Positions 11,731 to 23,773 of a stretch of DNA of 64,000 nucleotides are shown in pieces. The stretch spans positions 1,116,001-1,180,000 of the forward strand of contig OZ361256.1 of NCBI GenBank assembly GCA_977018835.1, given 5' to 3'. Numbering within the stretch: position 1 is the first letter of the stretch; every line of letters begins with the position of its first letter. This DNA comes from Minutocellus sp. GHC0000111. Its lineage: Eukaryota. Position numbers and translations under genes: made by a program. The notes beneath the pieces were generated by a model. That model saw only the letters and a program-made list of their open reading frames with translations, was not told where the DNA came from and ran no database searches.

Positions 11731-12525
11731 ATGATGCGCCTTTTCGCCTTCTTCGCTCTCATCGCTTCGGCTTCCGCCTTCGTCCCTCCCCAGCAGGCTG
11801 GTAAGTTGAAGTGAAATCATGACTGCATGTGCGGTCGGATGGCTTTCGGGAGCGGTATCGGAAGGAAAGCTCCGGGGTCTTCGTTGGTTATGGCCTGGTC
11901 CATGAACCAAATCCTTGGTGTTGGATGGAAGAACACATATCGGCACACTTGGTGCAGACATGTCAGTGGGTTAGGGCGGTGTGCGTTTCCTTTGGGGGCA
12001 GCCCCTTCGGCATAAATCGCAACGCCAGCGTGACGAAGAATGCGGTCAGCACGGTACTGTGGCCTCGCGCGCCAGTCCCCCCCTTGCCAGTCCTGCAGTG
12101 TTCGCGAGACTTGAACGACGGAATCTAGACGGTCCCAAGCACATATTCGCTATGACAGCTTCCTTTGCGGTCAGAGTTTTCTCTACTTTTTCGAGCACAA
12201 CACGTACCGTTCCTCACGCATTTTCTCTGCTCCCTTCCCTCTCTCACTCACCGCCAACACAGTTTCCGTTGCCAAGGAGACTGCCATGTCCGCCCTCCCC
12301 AAGGGTGCCATGGCCGCCGCTGCCGGCTTCATGCCCGCCATCCTCTCCTCCACCGCCGCTGTCGCCACCGAGGGCACCAACGAGTGGTTCGGCGTTGACG
12401 ACCTCCGTGTCCTTGCCGTCCTTTTCCTTGGCCACCTCGCCATCCTCTCCCTCTGGCTCGGACAGTACGGTGATGCCGATGAGTCCGAGGACTTCTTCGG
12501 CGAGATCGATTACACCGGCAACTAA
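11731..12525 (+). CDS. psbW: Nuclear-encoded photosystem II PsbW-type subunit
   Basis: Exon 11731-11800 with ASASA-FVP plastid presequence, GT-AG intron 11801-12262, then exon encoding [17 protein letters not shown], one TM helix and an acidic tail. Confidence 0.85.
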
Positions 12526-13234
12526 ATGCGCTTTGATGAATGGCTGGAATCGACTCGTTTCTTTGCGGGATGAGACGGAAACCCAGTACAAAAGCGCTAC
12601 CCGCCCTGTACTTTTGCGCATATGTAGGCAGAATTTGAAAAATTTGCCCACCGAAAACATGCGCAATCAAAAGGAATTGGCGGAGGGGTTGTTGTAGATA
12701 GCATTATGTAGTTACTTCTTTCGTAAGCCTGATAATTCTTATAGAGTCAGAGGGTTTATTTCGCCGATTGATTTGTATTTAATCATTTTTCATGACAAAA
12801 GTACTACCTAGGTACATGTATCTATGAGAGTCTACATCGCCTGTTGTTGGTCACATGCAGGCCACACGATGATCAAAACGCAACCTGAACGCTTCCTGGT
12901 GAATAATACTAGTACTGACGAACTAACTACGTAGCTAGTAGATCTTCAAACTTGACCTTTGAAGCTTTTTCACCGAGTCAGCAAGAGAGTCACGCCTGCA
13001 TTGAGGGAGAAGGGAGAGAAGCACTCCATCTCAAAACTGTTAAAATCATACAGCCAACGTTATCAAAATCATAAAAATGCACTAGCGGACCGCCGTATAT
13101 ACAAATGAGATGAGTCAGGGTTGTGTCTATGCTATGTTCAAAATACAGTGTTAGCCATCTACATGTATATATTTCTCGAGATTATATGAACCAAGAGCGG
13201 AAAGCATGTTTGTATTCATTCCCTTTTTCTCCCT

Positions 13235-14815
13235 CTAGTGAGCGCTCATGCCAACGGCACCCTTGAATGCCTCGTCCAATACCTCGCAGAGGGTCGGGTG
13301 GGTGTGGACCATCATACTCAGCTCCTTCACGGTGGTACCGGCCGCAACGGCGTTGGCACACTCCTGGATAAGATCGGCGGCGTGAATACCAATGATGTGG
13401 ACGGCAACGACCTTTCCGGTGTCCTTATTGTACAAAACCTTGGCAATACCGGCGCCCTCTCCCTCGGCCAGGGCCTTGGAGTTAGCCCGGAACGATCCCT
13501 GGGACTTGCCAAGGGTCCAGCCCTCCTTCTCGGCGCGTTCGATGCACTGCTCCTCGGTGGGTCCGACCATGGCAATCTCGGGATGGGTGAAGCAGGCGGC
13601 GGGGATGGCGTCATGGTTGACCTCGTGAGCGCGGCCGACGATGTTCTCGACGGCGCTGATGCCCTGGGCAGAGGCGGCGTGGGCAAGCATCATCTTTCCG
13701 TTGGCATCGCCGATGCAGTAGACGTTGGGGACGACCTCACCGTCCTCGGCCTTGGTGAGGACCTGCATCTTCTCGTTGACGGCGACGAAGCCACGGTTGG
13801 TCTCGATGCCCATATCCTCGAGGCCCATGTTGGCGGTGTTGGGGACGCGGCCGGTGGCAACCATGGCGGCGTCGACCTCGATGGTCTCGACGTGCTCCTT
13901 GGTCTCGGCGTCGATCATCTTGATGGTGACGGGCTTCTCGCCGGGGATGCCGGGAGTGACCTCGGCGGCGAAGACGCCTGTGCGGTAGTCGATGGGGCGG
14001 TCACGGATGAGGAGACCTCGGCCTGCTTGGCAATTTCGCGATCGAAGGTGGGCATGAGGTTGGGAAGGGCCTCGATGAAAGTGACCTCAGATCCGAGGGC
14101 GGTGTAAACGTCGGAGAATTCCAGACCGATGTATCCCGATCCGATGATGGCGACCCACTCGGGGACGAACTGCAGCTCAAGAGCACCGTCGGAGGTGTAG
14201 ACGGTCTTCTCGTCGACGGTGACGCCAGGAGGGACGAAGGGGACGGACCCAGGAGCCAGAATGATATCCTTGGCGGTGTAAACCTTACTAGTGGCCTCAT
14301 CCTTGATCTCATGGGGGTTGCCGGTGAGGACGCCACGGCCCTCAATGACCTCGCAGCCCAAACCAAGGAGGGAGTTTCCCAAGTTGCCCTTGATGTTGGC
14401 GGCCAGATTCTTGGCGTGATCGGCAATGCCCTGACGGTCGTACTCGATCTCACCGTTGACCTTGATGCCCATCGACTCGAGGTGGTGGTCGTTCTTCATG
14501 TCACGGACGCGGCCCGAGGCGGCAAGGAGGGCCTTGCTGGGGACGCAGCCACGGTTGACGCAGGTGCCTCCGACGTCACCGCCGGCAAAGACGGCAGTTG
14601 AGAGAGACTGGGCACGGGCGTGCAGAGCAGCTCCGTGTCCACCGACGCCACATCCAATAACGGCCACGTCGAAATCGTACGATCCATCCGACATCCGAAA
14701 GAGTCGACGAGGCACGGGCAGCAGTGCTGGTGGCAGCAGCATGGGGCCGACATGGCACCGTGAAGGCAGCCGAGTTGGCCACGAAAAGAGCAGATACGAT
14801 CAAAGTCAATCTCAT
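13235..14815 (-). CDS. lpdA: Plastid dihydrolipoamide dehydrogenase (E3), with two apparent frameshifts
   Basis: SAA-FTV presequence, [35 protein letters not shown]. One extra T near 14699 and one missing C at 14016/14017 break the frame. Confidence 0.92.
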
Positions 14816-15283
14816 ATTTCGTCTATATTCTATGCGCAAAGGATGGTACGCGAAGGATATTGCTGGAGCAATATCAAGATATGGCACGATATAAGCTGCC
14901 TTTCTCGCTACAAATGAATGAGAGCAACGGTATCGGTACGTACCAGCGGCGACCGCCATTTTCGTCGGCCGCCCACGCGAGAGCGCGAGCGCGACGTCAT
15001 TCGTCAGTGGACTATTGCGGTCGAGCGGGTCGTGAAAATAACGGACCTCCTCATCTCGAGGAACGACCGAGGCCCACAAGGCAAAAGCACCGCACAAAAA
15101 GCGCCTCTGGTCGAAAAGCTCTCGCGCGGTTTTCAGTCTCAACTTGCTTCGTGTACTCTAGCTACGTAGTCTAGCTAGTATCGCTGCCAAGCTCAATCTC
15201 AGCCACAAACTCACAAATCAAACAGAAGCATCCAAGCAAAATCAATCACAAGAAAACTTAAAATCAGCATAGATACATCAACC

Positions 15284-15964
15284 ATGATGATGTCCACTGC
15301 CTCCAACCCCATCCAGCAGCACCCTTCTTCCGCCTTCCATCATCAGCACCACCATTCCGCCGCCATCGATCGCATCATCGACTCTCCCATCGCCAAGCAT
15401 GCCGAGCAGGATGCCATCCGCCAAACCCTGTGGCAACCCATAATCGATCTCGATGTGCACGCCGTCCTTGCCAATCTGCCCCTGCCCAAGGATGTGCGTC
15501 GACGCGACATTGCCGTTTCCACTGACATTAAACTGGAACGGACCAAGGACTAGGACGACGAGGAGAGGAGTCATTTCGCCAGCGAGATTGCCTACGCCAT
15601 TAGCAGCGAGCTGCAAAAGGCTGGATACAGTGGAACGGCATCGGATGCCCGATACGAACTGAGCGTTGTTGTCACCACGGCCTCTGCTGGTTCTGCTCGT
15701 GGGAGAATCCTTGCGGCAGATTTGGGATACGGCCATACGAAGCTGGCGCTAGTTTATGCCCTCACTGAAACTGGATGTTGCAAGAATAAGACCGAGAAAG
15801 GTCAAATTCTCAAGGCAGGTCGAATCCGAAAGACGGATAGTCTTGGAGAGGGCTGGGACGACCTTATTCGTCTCTTCGAGAAGGGCAATATCGGCAATAA
15901 AAAGCTGATGAACAACATTGTCCCCGATGCTGCTCGAGAAATATCCGAAACGATTGGACTTTAA
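15284..15964 (+). pseudogene. Hypothetical protein (weak DUF4410-like resemblance) interrupted by one in-frame TAG
   Basis: ORFs 15284-15553 and 15722-15964 share a frame, which stays open after the TAG at 15551-15553 (DDEERSHFASEIAYAISSELQKAG...AGSARGRILAADLGYG). Confidence 0.6.
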
Positions 15965-16185
15965 AGTTACAATGTTGTAAGATCCCACGAAAGCGAAGCA
16001 GCTTCTTATTTATGTATACTACTACAGTACATGTAGAGCTATTGCGTATTTTCTAGTTACTATTTGAGATGAATTCATGTGGTTCTACATATATAAATTT
16101 GGCACGTCAAAGTGGAGTCCTGCAGTCACATTTAGAGAAATATAGGCGCATATATACTAGTACCGCAATCAATGTTGCATAGGTC

Positions 16186-17473
16186 CTATGGCGTCACTTT
16201 CTTTGTCTTCTTGATAGTACCGGTGTATGGATTCATAATTTTCTTGCATGGAGTTGCTTCAACTTCGATACATGTGGATGTATTACTTGCTCTCTTCTTG
16301 TCGCCTGGATTTGATTTTAGCAACTTGGAGGGAGGCACGGGCATACTATCACTTGCACTTGCCTTCGAAATTTCTATCAGCTTGGCTTCGGCAGCTTCGG
16401 TAGCAGCGATCATTGCTGCATCGAAGTCAGCGTCTGTTTCGTCATAAAAATCCGTCCTTGTGGTGGCTGAGGTCTTGCTGCGAGCACAAGCAAGTGTAGA
16501 GACGGGAGCAGTGAGCGAAACTGGCGCCTTTCCCCCCTTTCCATCTCTCTCTTTTGGTATCATGACAAGGCGCAGCATTTGGGTGTAACCATCGCCACAA
16601 GTGAGTATGGTACCCTCAGTTAAATATTTGCCTTCGGCCAAAGCCAGGAATGGCGATAGACTCGCAGCTTCCTCCTTCTTGACATGGCCGATGGTTTGGC
16701 CAGCAACATTGGTCACCTTGACGGCATTTGCATCGTATTTCTGTGAAATAAATGTTGAGGTTTTAAATAAAGGTACATTGAGAGTACATGATTTGGCATC
16801 GTTAGACGAGCGAAATTTACTACGTAGTAGCTAGAACGTAAAATTATCGGTATTGGCTTGCTTCGAGATGAAAGTCAAAGCACAACGAAAAGATCAGCAG
16901 GTATCGACTTACATTCTCCGGTTCACGAACTACGACAACTTTTTGTCCAGTTACAGCTGCAATAGCAGCATATTTGAGTCCCGTGACAGTAAGGATACGC
17001 TCGTGACCCACGTCATATTTTGCCTTCTTTTCATCGTTAGAAGAAGAAGTAGGGACTCCTGTTGTGTCCAGCGCACCAGTGTTGGAATCCTCACACTTGA
17101 TGGCATCGCTAACCAAAGTTGCAGATGTCGAAGTATTAGCTACTGCATCTACCTTGACTTGAGCTTCCTCTTCCTTCCTATCATCCTCGGGGCCAAATCG
17201 TTCGCGAATCTGCGACGCTGACATGAAACGTTTCTGGTCCTCTTCAATCAGCTGGTAAAACCCATAAAACTTGGTAAAGTCGCGGCGGTTGGAATAACAA
17301 TTGGCGTGGTGGTATTTGTTGACGAACGTGCTCCCACCGCCGCCGTAGCGGCCATACCTACCGCCGAATTCTGACGCGGCCTTGACACACACGCGGATCT
17401 GACCGTACAAGATTTTATGGTGGCATGATTGACAGGACGAAGAAGAATTCGGTGAGTATTCAATTTTTACCAT
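16186..17473 (-). CDS. PARP-type zinc finger plus HIRAN domain protein
   Basis: IEYS...CQSC..KI...IRV...YHHANC (zf-PARP). VTGLKY...VREPEN|KYDANAVKV...IGHV (HIRAN), joined by intron 16912-16741. Confidence 0.85.
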
Positions 17474-17898
17474 CTCGCAAATAATAAGCTGAACAGTTTT
17501 GTTTTTTGTGAGCAAATATTTTCCGGAGGAAAGACTAATCGAGCTTGCTTCGGACGTCTTCTTTCCTTTTTTGCATTGAGACGGATCGACTCACTCGTGC
17601 GTTCAGTTCTCTTTGGGAAGAAGTTGCATGGCTTGCTTGGCGGTCAAATTTTTGGCGCGTCGAACAAGTCAGTCGATTTATTCCAAGTTTCCGTTGCTCG
17701 CGCGCGCGCAGGCCGCTTCAAGCAGGGATCTTGTTGGACGAAATCTTATCTGAAATCGTGCTTATCGTTCCTGCAATACCGCACTTCCATCCAGCTTTCT
17801 CGATTATTTCTCTTTAATAGAGCCCCATTCCATCTCATCATTTTCTCGTCTCATCTCTTGCTGGGAGCGAGCACGCTTCTTCCACCATTCTTTCAACA

Positions 17899-19587
17899 AT
17901 GAAGATCGCATCCATCCACATTGCCGTTGCCGCGTTGGCCATTGCCGCCGTTCTTCCGGACGTTTGTGCGGTAGGCGATGATCGTCGCCACAACCATCTT
18001 CGCACTGCCCCGAGCGATGACGCTTCCACAGAGCGCTTGCGTTTCCTCGGCGATGGTAGCTGCAGTCCCGAGGGTGAAAAGTCCACCGATTGCGGTGCAC
18101 AGCCGAGAGATGATCGGGCAGAGATGTGCTGCCCCGGCCTCAAGTGCGGCGGAGAGAAGGGCAAGTACTGCGTCCAGGATAAGGATGTTGGAGGTGATGG
18201 TGGCGACAAGACTACCGCCGATGCCAACAAGGAGGATCCAAAGTGCAGTCCCAAGGGTGAAAAGGCCGAGAGTTGTGGTGCCAACGCCCGGCCTCAACGT
18301 GGCAAAGAGTGCTGCGGTGGGCTGGAATGTGGCGGCGAAAACGGAAAATACTGCGTCAAGATGAACGATGGCGACGATGATAAAGAAGCGGGTGATAAAG
18401 AGGCTGATGATAAAGAGGCCGATACGGGGAAAGATGATAGTCTAAGTTGCTACGATGCTCCTGAGATTGATCGAACTGGAGAGAAGGACGGTGGCTTCCT
18501 TTGGCACCTATACTATGAGCCCTGCATCAAGTGGGCTCCTCGAGGCTATGATTTCTGTGTCATGTGCCGCAACTACAAGTGCGAAAAGAATGACTTTGTC
18601 GTCACATCCCACTGTAACGCCAATCAGGAGCACTTTCGTTGGGAATGGAAGGAGGTTGGAGATGGCGTTGGGCTGATGAAGACAAAATCTACTGATCTTT
18701 GTCTGGAAGGTGATGACAGCTGGGACTTCATTCTGCGTCCCTGCGACGAGGACAACGAACGGCAGCACTTCCAAGGCTTTGATGATGCGCCCGGTGCCAA
18801 GTTCAAGTTGTTGCCAAAGAATCACCAGCGGAGCAATACTCCGCAGTGTATGACGATGCTGGTAAGTCAGAAAAATCTTGTTTTGTTTTGCTAGGCCATG
18901 AGCCGCTAGCTCTTCGAAACTCATGCTCACCGAATTAATCTTCTGTTCCTTCCTCTTTTCATTTCTTACCAAATTACAGCACCACCCTCTTGCCGCAAAT
19001 GGTGAGTCAGAAAATTCTGTTTTGCTGTTACACTAGCCTAGTTGCAACAATACTCACCCATGCTCACCGAATTTATTTATCTTCTTCTCTTGTCTCTATA
19101 TTTATTTCCTCAGACGACGATGGAGAGATGATAATTGACCAACCATGCTTCAAGGCCGAAAAAACAGAAACAGCGTACTGGACGGCTGACTACCGGCCGG
19201 AGATCAAGGAGAAGCTAAAGAAGGCCGATAAAGTCTGCCGCAACGAAAAGTGTGGAGAGTGTGAAGGATATTGTGAAAAGGATTCTGGTAGGTGCCAAAT
19301 AAATCACTCACTGTATTCGTTACTATATTGATTCGATACTCACTCACCTTACTCATCCGATCATTTCGATCTCTCGTTTATCAGAGTGCAAGGGCGATTT
19401 GTACTGCTACGAACGTGGCAACAAAGGTTGGAGGACGAACCTGGAGAACGGGTACGATCCCAATCCTTGGGCACAGATCCCAGGATGCACCGGGTATGGC
19501 AAGCACGGCAAAAATTATTGTTCCAAAAAGAAGTACGAGAGCCCTTACAGCGACAAGGAAATTGAGGAAATACTGGATAAGAACTAG
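17899..19587 (+). CDS. Secreted protein: two knottin-like Cys repeats, ricin-B-like domain, C-terminal frustulin-like Cys domain
   Basis: Signal peptide; CSPxGEK..C...CCxGLxCGGExGKYCV twice; CGECEGYC..DS|ECKGDLYC...IPGC...NYC. Introns 18862-18979, 19002-19113, 19288-19384. Confidence 0.85.
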
Positions 19588-19878
19588 CTGCCAATAGCCC
19601 GAACGAAGAATTTTTTAGAATTGATACCTGAGGAGCTAGCTAGCTAGGTACGCAGTAGGTTAAAAATCGGGAAAATAAGGCAACAATCTATCGATTTGAG
19701 TGTGCTTGAAAGAGGGCATCGGACTATACCAAAGTCATTTAGAAGAGTTGATCATATATATCAAATTTTTTACCAGAGTGCCCCTAGCTAGTTAATAGAC
19801 TGAAACCATGGGGGGAGCGCCTCCACATGTAATTAAAGCCTTTTTCTGGATGGTGCTTCGTTTAGTATTAAAGATGCC

Positions 19879-20592
19879 TCATTGACTTCTCTTTTCGGTA
19901 GCCATAAGCTCCTCCTTCAACAGTGCACATAGCTCTTTGTCGGTCTCGGTCATAAACTTTGCAAAAATTGGAACACTTTGCAAGAACTCGTTTTTCTCAA
20001 ATTCTGTCTCTGCATTTATATATTCTTCTATCGTCATTCCGACCAGTTGCTTCACATCGTCTCCAAGCTTTTCCATATCAATAGACCCATTCTTTTCCTT
20101 CTCCTTTTTGACCCGTTCCAATACCAGCTTCAGCTCATTGTCTCCTTCTTCTGCTATTGCGGAAGTCCCGACTTCGACTAATTCTTCCACGAGGTCAGGC
20201 CTCGACATGAATGTCTCCCCTTCCTTTAATTTCGATGTCAATTCTTAATACTTTTCGGGTGAAGTCTCCTTGAGCATCTTCTCAAAGCCCTCCACCTGTC
20301 CGGGCATCACAACCGCGGTGTAAAGGACTGTCACCAGAAATAATGCTGCCATCAATCCAGCTACACCAAAGATGCCCAACCGAATGGTGTCTCCGACTTG
20401 TGACCCGATATTGCCAATGTTTACTACAGACAGCACCAGTGAGCTGAAATGTGCATTTGAGTACGTGTAGCAAATATCGGAAGGAAGGCTCAGCGACGCG
20501 GATGATGCCAGAGATGTTGGGACGATGAATCCATCGGCGGAGCGAAGGAGTGTGAGACAAGAGAAGAAGAAAGATAATCTGCGCAGCATCAT
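19879..20592 (-). pseudogene. Plastid-targeted single-TM hypothetical protein with an in-frame TAA
   Basis: ADG-FIVP presequence and a TM helix. TAA at 20245-20247 is followed in the same frame by ELTSKLKEGETFMSRPDL... to 19879. Confidence 0.65.
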
Positions 20593-20655
20593 AACTGCAT
20601 ACTAGCACATGGCTGGACGTGCAGGCTGGGCAGCCATCGGTGGCGGATCCGCTAC

Positions 20656-20763
20656 TACTACTCGTATTATATTACGACCTCTCTACTAGCTACGTAGCTA
20701 CTAGGCCTAGCTACTACGTAGCTAGGCCTAGCTAGCTAGTAGTACGTAGCTACGTAGTAGTAC
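20656..20763. repeat. Low-complexity array of TA-flanked palindromic words (TAGCTA, TACGTA, TAGGCCTA)
   Basis: Directly visible, e.g. tactagctacgtagctactaggcctagctactacgtagctaggcctagctagctagtagtacgtagctacgtagtagtac. Confidence 0.85.
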
Positions 20764-20955
20764 CGCGCCGCGCTTGCGGAAGATGGGGGGGAACTTTCGG
20801 GGGAACGGGGGAAGGGGCTTGAGAATTTGGGTGCAAGACTTCTTGGATCTTTGCGGATCGAGGACAGCAAGTCAGTAGTTACCGTGGAGCTACTGAGCAG
20901 TCAGCATCTTGCTTGCCATCAATTTCAAGCCCAAGCATATTCATGTCCTTGCAAA

Positions 20956-22188
20956 ATGTGGCACAAACGTCAGCAACGAGTTGGCATCTGCTTCACAATT
21001 CTATTCTCATTATGTTGTCGCTCGTCTTGCTTGTTTGTCCAACCTCCGTCAACTGTCAAGCCCTATCCTGCCCTCAAGTTGGCCACTGCTGACAGGCTTG
21101 GTATTCCCTACAAGAGTATCGCATGTGATGCCGGAAAGGCAGCTTCGCTTCCCAGCTTTGCCTTGACATTGAACAGTGAGTTTGGCGCCTTGGATGAAAA
21201 GAATTTCAACAGATTGAAAGATGCTTATTGTTCCTGGTCAGAAACAAAGAGTCGCGTGAAATGGAAGGAGGGCAGAGAATACACCCTTCTCGACTTTCTA
21301 CCTCCACTGCTTCAGGCAGTATCGGGTCTTTACTTCCAGTCATCACGTACAAAACTACGTGGTTTGCCCTCCGTCGTTGGGAGCAAATCTCGAAGGTATG
21401 CAGAGCAGGAGGTGCTTTTGACGAGCAATTGCTGGGGCTTCGCTTGGGAGCTACTTTTTCAGGCGGAGAACGCCGATACGTCGGCTTTGACTATATCTAC
21501 CGCCGATCCAACAAGCGCCTGGAGAGAATTCACAGGCCCGGGTTTCGACTTGATACAAAGCAGTAGGACGCAACCGAAACTACTTATCGACGAAGAACTT
21601 CGCAACAAGAAGACCAAGGGAGGTGATGTTTTGCTCATTTGGCATCAGAATCCATCCACAGTGTCGGGGACTGACTTGTACCTGGATCACGTTGCAACAT
21701 TAATTGACGATGATGTTTACTACGAAAAGAGTGGGTCAGGTGACCGAGTTCCTTTTCGAATCAATACCTGGGAGGGGCTTACAAACAATTTCCCTGCATC
21801 GGTGTTCTTCTGGGAATGGAGACGTTTGGTGAGGAATAATCCTTTATCCCCGTCTACATATGGTACCCCACAAACCAGAATCCAGCCAGCAATAGAGATA
21901 TTTGGTGTCGATGCGCAAGTTGCGGCTGCCAATAAAAATACCCCTGGGATAGGAAAAGTACAGAACAAAAGGTTGCTTTCAGACCTTCAACCGGATATTG
22001 CCAAACGGTTGAGTTTGCAAGTAGATATTGGCGACGACGGAAATGTAGCGGCACAAACATATACGGGCATTATTTTGCTGGAAGATTTGATTGTTGACTC
22101 AAAAACGGGCAGAGCAAAATTGCCGAGGAGTGCATTCATGCCGGAATGGTACATGATGCTTCAATCGCAGCTTTTATCACGAGAGTAA
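20956..22188 (+). CDS. Signal-peptide-bearing hypothetical protein with papain/NlpC-P60-like Cys-His motifs
   Basis: Long open frame. SNCWGFAW, GDVLLIW and DHVATLIDDDVYYEK occur in the order expected of a Cys-His-polar triad. Confidence 0.65.
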   Translation: MWHKRQQRVGICFTILFSLCCRSSCLFVQPPSTVKPYPALKLATADRLGIPYKSIACDAGKAASLPSFALTLNSEFGALDEKNFNRLKDAYCSWSETKSRVKWKEGREYTLLDFLPPLLQAVSGLYFQSSRTKLRGLPSVVGSKSRRYAEQEVLLTSNCWGFAWELLFQAENADTSALTISTADPTSAWREFTGPGFDLIQSSRTQPKLLIDEELRNKKTKGGDVLLIWHQNPSTVSGTDLYLDHVATLIDDDVYYEKSGSGDRVPFRINTWEGLTNNFPASVFFWEWRRLVRNNPLSPSTYGTPQTRIQPAIEIFGVDAQVAAANKNTPGIGKVQNKRLLSDLQPDIAKRLSLQVDIGDDGNVAAQTYTGIILLEDLIVDSKTGRAKLPRSAFMPEWYMMLQSQLLSRE

Positions 22189-22339
22189 GGGATTTCTTCT
22201 GGAAACTAGACAAAACGGTACTATTTTTCGACACCCTCTTAGAACGTATTTACCGTAATATGTGGTGATTTATAATAACTATGTGCTATAGAAATTGTTC
22301 AAAGAACCATTAGGAGGTTGTGCTTCTCGTTAGGAATTC

Positions 22340-23062
22340 CTATTCCACTCTTGGTGACGATTCCTGGGCAAGACCGAGCGCAGGCAACATCTTTTGATCC
22401 TGCTCAAGAGCTTTTCGTCCTTCTACTCGCGAAGCAAAAGTTTCGAGCTCATCGACAAACATTGCCTGGATCTCACGCATTTGGGCAATAAGGGTCGCCA
22501 TTCGGTGGATTCGCTGGGCATCGGCCATATCTTCGGGTGAGATCGATTTGCCGGTATTCTCGTTTTCGGTGCCATTGTTACCAGCACGTTCTTGGTTACT
22601 TGTGGTGCATCGGCGTTTCGCTGGAGGTGCTTCGATGTGATCGTTGTTACATTCACGTCCTCGTTGGCGATGGCGTGTGGGTTTAATCCATTCGCTTGTC
22701 GAATCAATGCGCGAACGGACATCTTCGACACCAAGTTGGATGGCTCTTCGGCCTACAATGTCGATGATACGTCCTGCCTCTGAGAAGGCTACCAGAGATT
22801 GACTCAAATGGCGGACCATGGAAGAGGAATGCTGCTGGCGTGCATGGTCGTTGGGGTGGTCTTGATTCTCGTTGACTTCTTCAACGGTAAGAGTTGCTGC
22901 ATCGTTCTGTACTATGGATTCCGTGGTAGGTGCTGGAATTGTTGTGCCATCAGATGATAAGGGGTTGCTCGTTTGCAAAAGTAAATGTAGGCCTAGTCCT
23001 CTTTCGCGAGGAGAGCAAGCAGGCGACACTGCAGCATGGCTTGGGATGGCAGAGTTGATCAT
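22340..23062 (-). CDS. Hypothetical protein
   Basis: ~240-codon ORF with an NLS-like PPAKRR. No recognised domain. Confidence 0.55.
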   Translation of the reverse strand: MINSAIPSHAAVSPACSPRERGLGLHLLLQTSNPLSSDGTTIPAPTTESIVQNDAATLTVEEVNENQDHPNDHARQQHSSSMVRHLSQSLVAFSEAGRIIDIVGRRAIQLGVEDVRSRIDSTSEWIKPTRHRQRGRECNNDHIEAPPAKRRCTTSNQERAGNNGTENENTGKSISPEDMADAQRIHRMATLIAQMREIQAMFVDELETFASRVEGRKALEQDQKMLPALGLAQESSPRVE

Positions 23063-23773
23063 GTTGGCCTTATGTGCACTAGCAGTTGATGCCCTGAGGA
23101 AATGTTTGATTGTGGATGTGATGTTGTGTATTAGTATGCGCAGCATTCAGATTATTGCATGTTGTGCAGATAGATGTCTGATCGGAGTCAGTCTGCGTAC
23201 TAGCTCTAGTAGCTAGTATGGCCTCAGTGACTTTCGATTCTTCATAACTGCCCTCTCTAATTAGGGTCGTGTTCACCCAAAGGTCGTGGAATTATCCGGC
23301 ACAACATCCCGACTTCGGTTCTCTTTTTCTGATAAATAATGTCGGCGGGAGTGCCAACAGCACCTTACAATAGCCCTGCTATGACCGTCGGATTACTTAT
23401 GCCAAATTCAAATTCAAATTAAACGCATTACAGCTACGTACCTAGGTATGTAAGCTAGGACAGGGTCCTTTATCCTCGCAACACAAGTGCGCGCAGCGCG
23501 CTTCCATGACCGAAGACACAGATGTGTTAACGAGCCAACTGCTGTCAGACGACAGCGAAAACCAGGGGAGCCAACATCACACGTGTGTGACGGACCGAAG
23601 TCCATAAACTAGGGAAACCAATTCCACTTCATGCATGACACCATAAACTTCTCAAAAAATTCTAAATCGTGCCACCCGGCAGATTGCAGAGAGAACCCTC
23701 AGTCGTCCAGATCGACATCTGACCACAATGCTCGATTCTGCCATGGCAATTGAAGGCATCGACACAGTGAGCG

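Noticed and set aside
11801..12262. snoRNA or other ncRNA in the long psbW intron
   Set aside because: No convincing C/D or H/ACA boxes or terminal stem seen; needs an Infernal search.
13238..14107. 289-aa plus-strand ORF, and similar long antisense ORFs (e.g. 45359-46069, 58755-59708)
   Set aside because: Shadows of codon-biased or GC-rich genes on the opposite strand; no motifs of their own.
15551..20247. Alternative genetic code to explain in-frame TAG and TAA
   Set aside because: TAA and TAG end many intact genes here, and long ORFs contain none internally.
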